From positions 1,408,001-1,472,000 of the forward strand of contig CBDBDQ010000005.1 in assembly GCA_965203905.1 (NCBI GenBank): a DNA stretch of 64,000 nucleotides, written 5' to 3'. The position numbers and the translations under genes are program-made. Source of the stretch: Spirochaetia bacterium. GTDB lineage: Bacteria; Spirochaetota; Spirochaetia; SZUA-6; Bin103. The notes beneath the pieces were generated by a model, which saw nothing but the letters and a program-made list of their open reading frames with translations, made no database searches and was not told the DNA's origin. Positions 58,054 through 64,000 of the stretch are shown piece after piece. Within the stretch, counting starts at the first letter, position 1; each line of letters begins with the position of its first letter.

Positions 58054-59331
58054 TTAGCAGCCGCCCCGCAGGCCGTATACCCGGTATCCGTCAGCGCGAA
58101 TCGACTGCAGGTAGAAGCTGTGCTCCGGGATGCGGCTGTCCGCTGACTCCGTGCCGCACCCGGCACGGTGACGCTCGTCGATCCATGCGTCGTAGTCCTC
58201 CAGCGACGCTTCCTCGGCGTGGGCCATCGCCCGCTGCAGGCACCAGCCGCCGATCACCGCCGGTGCCTGCGCGCTGACCCGGCCGACCAGTGCCAGCGCG
58301 GTGTTTCCCGACCCGTAGGCGACCAGCACGGCCTGCTTGCCGGCCAGCGCCGACTGCAACTCCTCGTGGCGCGCCGCCAGCAGCGCCGCCAGGCTGAGGA
58401 ACATCGAACCGGAGTACACGTTGCCTACCACCGCTGCCGGAGCGGTTCCGGCGTTGAACCGGCGCCGGGCCAGGAACGCGCCGGCGGCGGCAGCGTCGCT
58501 GCCGAGGTAACGCCGCACCAGACGGGCCAGGGTCTCCTCCGGCAACGAGCGAAACGGTACGTGCAGCGCGAACAACTCCGTCTCCTCCAACAGCGCGGCC
58601 ATGGTGCAGCCGCGGCGGGCACACAGGTCGAGCAGCGCCTCCTCCACCGTGCTCCGGTAGCAGTCGATCGAGTAGCGCCCCTTCACCCGCGCGGTGAGTG
58701 AGCCGAGCGGCCGAAAGAAGTCGTCCACGTCGTGCGAGGAATGACCCGGCGCTCCGAGGTCCAGCTCCAGCAGGCGCGGCGCGCGCTCCACCAGCAGCGC
58801 CACCGCCGCCGCGCCCTGGGTTATCTCGGCGCTGCTCCCCGGCGGATAGCGCGCCTCGTCGGTGCAGATGACCAGTCCCCGCTCCGCGCCGCCGCGACTC
58901 GCCCCCAGCATCGCGCCGACGCTCACCAGGCCGATCGCCCCGCCGGCGCAGGCGTGCTGAATGTCGAACGTGGAAACGGTCTGGGGGATGGCGTACCCGG
59001 CACGTTGCAGCATGCCCTGCACGTAGGCGGCGATCGGCTTCGACTGGTCGACCCCCGTCTCCGTGCCCACCACCAGGTAGCGCAGCGAGGCGATCGCCGA
59101 CGGGGACAGGCGCGCCACGACCTGCAGCGCCGCCTGGGCGGCCATGGTTGCCGCATCCTCCCAGGGATGGGGGAAGCGTAACGACACCTGGCCGGTGCGC
59201 TCACTCGAGCGTTCCAGCGCGCGTGCCCATTGCGGGTCGCTACGCCGGTAGCGGGCTATGATCGTTTCCAGCGGTATCAATGGGCGGGGGATGTGGACGG
59301 CGATGTCGCCGATCCCGAGTGCCGTCTCCAT
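58054..59331 (-). CDS. hydroxymethylglutaryl-CoA synthase
   Basis: GTETGVDQSK, QHACAGG (catalytic Cys), EITQGA, DDFFRP, HVPF, GNVYSGS, YGSG. Confidence 0.88.
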   Translation of the reverse strand: METALGIGDIAVHIPRPLIPLETIIARYRRSDPQWARALERSSERTGQVSLRFPHPWEDAATMAAQAALQVVARLSPSAIASLRYLVVGTETGVDQSKPIAAYVQGMLQRAGYAIPQTVSTFDIQHACAGGAIGLVSVGAMLGASRGGAERGLVICTDEARYPPGSSAEITQGAAAVALLVERAPRLLELDLGAPGHSSHDVDDFFRPLGSLTARVKGRYSIDCYRSTVEEALLDLCARRGCTMAALLEETELFALHVPFRSLPEETLARLVRRYLGSDAAAAGAFLARRRFNAGTAPAAVVGNVYSGSMFLSLAALLAARHEELQSALAGKQAVLVAYGSGNTALALVGRVSAQAPAVIGGWCLQRAMAHAEEASLEDYDAWIDERHRAGCGTESADSRIPEHSFYLQSIRADGYRVYGLRGGC

Positions 59332-59439
59332 CAGCGACGCGCGCCACCCTACCCCACAGCCATCCCTCTGTCCAGCGCGGCGCGGAGCCGGCGGAACAGC
59401 GACGCGACGCGACGCTTCGGATATGCTGCGGGCGCCGCC

Positions 59440-60501
59440 ATGGACACCGTGCGCACCGCCAACATCTTCCTGCTGATCGTCGCGCTGCTCGCGCTCGGTG
59501 CCATCCTCAAGCTCGCCCAGAGCGTGTTCATCCCGCTGCTGATAGCACTCCTGCTCAGTTACGTGATGGATCCCCTGATGCTGGTTCTGCGACGCGCGCT
59601 GCCGGTGTGGCTGGCCACGACGATTACCGCGCTGGTGTTCCTCGGCGTGCTCACCGGATTCGGCATCCTGGCCTGGGTCAACATCGCCGCACTCGGGCGC
59701 GGCCTGCCGCTGTATCAGGAGGAGCTGCTGCAGCTCGCGCGCGGCGTCGAAGCCTGGCTGCAGGCCACCGTCGGCGCGCCGTTGGAGATCGATCTGGACC
59801 TCACCGCGCTGGCCGAACTCGGCGCGGTGTCGATCCCCAGCTTCATGCTGTCCACCGCCCGTTCCACCGTGTCCGTGCTGCTGGCGTTTCTCATGGTGTA
59901 CCTGTTCGCGGTGCTGTTCCTGGCCGGGAAGCACTACTTTCCGCGCAAGCTGGTACGCGCGTTCCCCCGCACCGCGACCGGGCAACAGAGCCCGGTGCTG
60001 GTGATTCTGAGACACATCGACGACAGTCTGCGCCGCTTCATAGCCATGAAGACCGCTATCAGCGTCGCGGTCGGCGGCGCCACCAGCATCGTCGCGGCGC
60101 TGTTCGGAGTGGCGTTCCCGGTGGCCTGGGGGTTGCTCACCTTCGTGTTGAACTTCATCCCCTACGTAGGCTCCCTCTCCGCCGTCATTGCCCTCTCGGT
60201 GTTCGCGCTGGCGCAATTCGGCGCCTGGGCACCGGCGCTCGGCGTGTTCCTGTGCGCCCTGGCGCTGCAGACGCTCACCGGGAGCATCGCCGAACCGGCA
60301 TTGCTCGGCGACCGGCTGAACCTGTCGTTGCTGGTGGTGTTCGTGTCACTCCTGTTCTGGGGCTGGCTGTGGGGGCCGCCCGGCATCCTTCTCGCCGTGC
60401 CGATGACCGCCGCCGTCAAGGTGATCCTGGAGAACATCCCGGTAACGGCGCGCCTGGCGACCCTGCTGGAAGGCTCCCGCGAAACGACCCGGCAGGGCTG
60501 A
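59440..60501 (+). CDS. AI-2E family transporter
   Basis: LNFIPYVG, EP...G..LNLS, WGWLWG..GILLAVP. Confidence 0.92.
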   Translation: MDTVRTANIFLLIVALLALGAILKLAQSVFIPLLIALLLSYVMDPLMLVLRRALPVWLATTITALVFLGVLTGFGILAWVNIAALGRGLPLYQEELLQLARGVEAWLQATVGAPLEIDLDLTALAELGAVSIPSFMLSTARSTVSVLLAFLMVYLFAVLFLAGKHYFPRKLVRAFPRTATGQQSPVLVILRHIDDSLRRFIAMKTAISVAVGGATSIVAALFGVAFPVAWGLLTFVLNFIPYVGSLSAVIALSVFALAQFGAWAPALGVFLCALALQTLTGSIAEPALLGDRLNLSLLVVFVSLLFWGWLWGPPGILLAVPMTAAVKVILENIPVTARLATLLEGSRETTRQG

Positions 60502-61795
60502 GCAGTCGGGAGCAGATCCGCTCCAGGGTGCCCGGGTCGCCGAACCCGCCGGCCTTGGAAATCACCGCGGTGTCCGCCCACCGGCCGCCCACCGCCCTGC
60601 CCCACGGCACGTACGGCTCGGCCTCGCCGGCCAGCGCCACGGCGCCGATGCCGAGACGGCGCATGCAGGCGTAGGCGGTATCTCCCCCCACCAGCAACAT
60701 GCTCCCTGGCCGCCCCGTACTGCGCTCCAGGACCTCGCGGGCGAACTCCGCGAGTGCCAGCGACACCGCCTCCGAGCTGCGCGCCGCGGCATCCGCCGGC
60801 GGCGCCGACCAGACGCACAGGTCGCCGCCGGCCGCGAGGGTCCGCGCCGCCCGGGCCACGGCCGCGGCACGCCCCGCGAGCCCGCCGCCGGCGCCGCCGG
60901 CGCCACCGGCGATGGTCCATAGGAACTCTCCGCCACCGGCGGCAGGCGCCTGCAGGCACACCCCCAGCGGCCGCCGACCCGCCGCCAGCGCGGCACGTAC
61001 TTGCGCCTGGGCGAGGGCGCGGCGCGACCCCGCGACCAGCAGCAGCGGCGCGGCCGCCGACCACTCCCGGCTTCCGTGCTGCGCCGCGGCGGGCGTGGCG
61101 ATCGGTGCCAGAGCGCGCAGCAGCGCGGCGGAGCCGGCCCACAGCAGGCGCCGGCCGGGGCGCGGGAGACGCCGGCCGGCGGCGACGAGCTGCCGCAGGT
61201 GGGCGTCGCTGGCGGCATCCGCCACGACCAGCTCCACCCCCGCGCGCACGGCGGCGGCAAGCCGGGCCGCCGCGGCCGGCGCCGCCAGCCACTCGCCGCG
61301 GCACGTGGGCCACTGGCGGCGCACGATGTCCAACACCGCCGAGCCGGTAGCCGCCACGATTTCGTCCCGGTAGGGCGTGCTCATCACCGGCTGTCCCTGC
61401 ACCAGCAGCTCGCCCGCTACGACCGTACGCCCCTGCGCCGGCAGTGCCGGCGTGCACAGGATGGTACCCGGGGCCAGCGCCGCGTGCAGCGCCGCCAGCT
61501 CGGCCCCGACGTTGCCGCGCAGGGTGGAGTCCAGCTTCTTGAACCACGCCGTCCGGTTCTCCTCACGCAGGCGGGCGCAGGCGGCGCGCACCTGCCCCGC
61601 GGCGGCGGTCGCGGCGACCCCGCGGGACTGGGTATTGATCACCAGCGCGGTGGCGCCCGGCAACCCGCGCCCGGCGTCGGCGGCCGGGCTCACCTCCACC
61701 ACGACCGGGCCCGCGGCCAGCAGCTGCACCCCGCTGTCCATGGCCCCGGTCAGATCGTCGGCCACGATCGCCCCGCCCACCGCCCGGTCCTCCAC
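60416..61795 (-). CDS. four-carbon acid sugar kinase family (DUF1537)
   Basis: ADDLTGAMD, KKLDSTLRGN, PALPAQGR, GGDTA, KAGGFG; overlaps the convergent gene end. Confidence 0.88.
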   Translation of the reverse strand: MEDRAVGGAIVADDLTGAMDSGVQLLAAGPVVVEVSPAADAGRGLPGATALVINTQSRGVAATAAAGQVRAACARLREENRTAWFKKLDSTLRGNVGAELAALHAALAPGTILCTPALPAQGRTVVAGELLVQGQPVMSTPYRDEIVAATGSAVLDIVRRQWPTCRGEWLAAPAAAARLAAAVRAGVELVVADAASDAHLRQLVAAGRRLPRPGRRLLWAGSAALLRALAPIATPAAAQHGSREWSAAAPLLLVAGSRRALAQAQVRAALAAGRRPLGVCLQAPAAGGGEFLWTIAGGAGGAGGGLAGRAAAVARAARTLAAGGDLCVWSAPPADAAARSSEAVSLALAEFAREVLERSTGRPGSMLLVGGDTAYACMRRLGIGAVALAGEAEPYVPWGRAVGGRWADTAVISKAGGFGDPGTLERICSRLLSPAGSFRGSLPAGSPGAPLPGCSPGSP

Positions 61796-61929
61796 GGCAG
61801 CAGCATACCACCGCGCGCGCCGCGCGCGGGCGCCGGCGTGTAAGGCGCTGCTGCGCAAGCTTGTTTTCGCGGCCGGTTCGCGGTATACCGGGCGTACACC
61901 ATCTCAACCGCGATCGTAAGGAGATCCAC

Positions 61930-62511
61930 ATGGCATTCACCCTTGAACTGGGCATGACCGCACCCGACTTCGACCTGCCGGGAGTCGACGGCAGCCGCTA
62001 CTCCCTGGCCAGCTTCGGCGACGCCGCGGCACTCACCGTGGTGTTCGCGTGCAACCACTGCCCGTACGTCATCGGCAGCGAAGACCGCATGAACGCGCTG
62101 TACGCCGACTACGGCGGGCGCGGCATGGCGCTGGTGTCGATCAACTCCAACGAGACCGACGGCCACCCCACCGACTCGTTCGAGCACATGCAGGAGCGCG
62201 CCCGCGACAAGGGGTTCCAGTTCCCCTACCTGCGCGACGAGAGCCAGGCCACGGCGCTCGCCTACGGCGCGTTGCGTACCCCGCACTTCTACCTGTTCGA
62301 CGGCGACCGCAAGCTGCGCTACACCGGGCGCCTGGACGACAACCCCATGGACGCGTCGCAGGCGACCACCCACGAGCTGCGCGACGCGCTGGAGGCGGTG
62401 CTGGCCGGCAAGGAGGTTCCCGTGGCGCTGACCAACCCGATCGGCTGCAACGTCAAGTGGAAGAACCAGGACGCCCACTGGATGCCACCGGAGGCGTGCG
62501 ACCTGGTGTGA
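61930..62511 (+). CDS. thioredoxin-fold redoxin (AhpC/TSA-like)
   Basis: APDFDLP, CNHCPYV, YGALRTP, GRLDD, GCNVKW; SD AAGGAG. Confidence 0.92.
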   Translation: MAFTLELGMTAPDFDLPGVDGSRYSLASFGDAAALTVVFACNHCPYVIGSEDRMNALYADYGGRGMALVSINSNETDGHPTDSFEHMQERARDKGFQFPYLRDESQATALAYGALRTPHFYLFDGDRKLRYTGRLDDNPMDASQATTHELRDALEAVLAGKEVPVALTNPIGCNVKWKNQDAHWMPPEACDLV

Positions 62512-64000
62512 GCCGGCACCGTCACTCCGTGCCGCGCAACGCGACGGACCGCGCCGGCCGCGCGGCGCCCGCCGGCGGCCAATGCGCGGCCGGCGCTGAA
62601 CGGTTCGACCTGGTCGACGCCGACAACCGGGTGATCGGCACGGTGGCGCGGGCGCAGGCGCACGGCGACCCGTCCCTGCGCCACCGCGCGGTACACGTCA
62701 TGGTGTACGACCGCCGCGGGGCGCTGCTGCTGCAGAAACGCGCGGCCGCCAAGGACATCCAGCCCGGCAAGTGGGACACCTCGGTGGGCGGGCACCTGGC
62801 GGTCGGCGAGAGCTACCCGGCCGCCGCCGTGCGCGAAACGCGGGAAGAGCTGGGCCTGGTGATCGGCCCGGACGACCTCGAGCCGCTGCACGAATACGTG
62901 GGCAGCTCCGAGGTTGAGACCGAGCACGTGCGCAGCTTCCGGGTGCGGAGCGAGGGGCCGTTCACGGCGCCTCCCGAGGAGATCGAGGAACTGCGTTTCT
63001 GGACTCCGGAGGAGCTCCGCGCGGCGCTCGGCAGCGGCGTGCTGACCCCGGTGCTGGAGCACGAGCTGGCGCTGGCCGGGATCACCGCCGGGGCCGCCGC
63101 CGCTCCGGCGGGCGCGGCTGCCGGCGTCAGCTTCAATCTCGGACGCGACTACCTGGACCCGGCGGCCGGTCCGCGGGTGCCGACCGCGCCACCGCCGCGT
63201 GCCGCCATGAACCGCGCCACCCGCGACCTGCACGACGCCATCGACGCTGCCATCCGCCGCCACCGCCAGCCCTACCTGCACCCCGACGGCGAGACCCTGC
63301 AGCTCGACCTGTTCGGCAGCGAGCCGATGGTGCGGTGGCAGGAACGCAAGGCGGCGGCGGTGTTTCTCTCCAGCGAGTCCTGGGCGGCCCTGCCACAGAT
63401 CTACGGCCGCTACGGCACCGAGAACGGGCGCCGCCTGATTGCCGCGGTGTGCCGGCTGGAGCAGGCCGCGGGGGCGCTGCTCACCGACGGCGGCATGCAG
63501 GCGTGCGCCCTGGCGTTCGACGTGCTGTTCGCGCCAGGCAGCCACGCGGTGGTCACCCGCAGCGTCTACAACAAGACCAAGAGCTACCTGCGGCGCCTGG
63601 CGGAACGCCAGGGCGGAGAGGTCACGCTGGTGGACGACGGCGATCCGGAAGCGCTGGAGCGCGCCGTGCGCCCCGCCACCTCGCTGCTGTTTACCGAGAC
63701 CTACAGCAACCCGCTGACGCGGGCCCTCGACCCTACGCGCCTGGCCGCCCTGGCCGCGCGTGCCCGCGGCGCCGGCGCCAGGGGCTTGCGCGTGGTGGTG
63801 GACAATACCGTAGCCACCCCGTGGGGCCTGCGGGAACCGCTGCTCACGGTGCCAGGCATCGACCTGGTGGTGGCCAGCGGCACCAAGGCGCTGGCCGGCG
63901 AGGACCGCGACATGTGGGGCTACCTGGCCGGCAACCAGCTCGACCTGCTCAACGAGGCGATGGACCTGCAGGCGATGCGCGGTGGCATTCTGGACTGGCG
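62508..64000 (+). CDS. fusion of NUDIX hydrolase (IDI-1/YfcD-like) and Cys/Met-metabolism PLP enzyme, 3' end outside window
   Basis: Not in the ORF track (no stop in window). GTGA-coupled start; one frame: HRAVHV..LQKR..KD..PGKWDTSVGGH..GE...AAVRETREELG, then YGRYGT, ETYSNP, VVVDNTVATP, VASGTKALAG. Confidence 0.85.
   Translation, partial: MSRHRHSVPRNATDRAGRAAPAGGQCAAGAERFDLVDADNRVIGTVARAQAHGDPSLRHRAVHVMVYDRRGALLLQKRAAAKDIQPGKWDTSVGGHLAVGESYPAAAVRETREELGLVIGPDDLEPLHEYVGSSEVETEHVRSFRVRSEGPFTAPPEEIEELRFWTPEELRAALGSGVLTPVLEHELALAGITAGAAAAPAGAAAGVSFNLGRDYLDPAAGPRVPTAPPPRAAMNRATRDLHDAIDAAIRRHRQPYLHPDGETLQLDLFGSEPMVRWQERKAAAVFLSSESWAALPQIYGRYGTENGRRLIAAVCRLEQAAGALLTDGGMQACALAFDVLFAPGSHAVVTRSVYNKTKSYLRRLAERQGGEVTLVDDGDPEALERAVRPATSLLFTETYSNPLTRALDPTRLAALAARARGAGARGLRVVVDNTVATPWGLREPLLTVPGIDLVVASGTKALAGEDRDMWGYLAGNQLDLLNEAMDLQAMRGGILDW

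Noticed and set aside
8-63913. Many long antisense or alternate-frame ORFs (e.g. 40248-43001, 13264-15429, 1469-3463)
   Set aside because: Shadow ORFs expected at ~70% GC; Arg/Pro/Gly-rich, no motifs, overlapping well-supported genes

Overview
High-GC (~70%) bacterial chromosome segment. The solute-binding-protein N-termini, mevalonate genes, many phytanoyl-CoA-dioxygenase/ABC genes and an HNH family suggest a Spirochaetota-like, possibly host-associated organism (inference only). Most of the window is catabolic, transport or housekeeping DNA: enolase-superfamily enzymes, GalM, SDRs, a Zur-controlled Azt-like zinc uptake cluster, three further ABC systems, a 7TM kinase/sigma54 module, RarA, ThyX, an AICAR transformylase, type-2 IPP isomerase and HMG-CoA synthase. 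The accessory segment at 17.7-24 kb holds an exonuclease-III relic, a Menshen-like defence trio, vapBC and higBA. These cargo blocks are separated by eroded copies of the upstream ABC permease gene, and an exact 20-bp direct repeat flanks the defence trio. A large HNH endonuclease gene (43374-44981) carries palindromic CTTCG-N4-CGAAG repeats in its coding linker, and relics of the same family lie at about 2066-2191 and 42856-43147. Other oddities are a NUDIX-PLP transsulfuration fusion, a PhyH-NUDIX fusion, an FN3/hypothetical/ART-like cassette with an in-frame TAG, frequent leaderless promoters and several internally deleted genes. No rRNA, tRNA, CRISPR array, integrase or transposase was recognised. 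All calls come from reading motifs by eye, without database searches.
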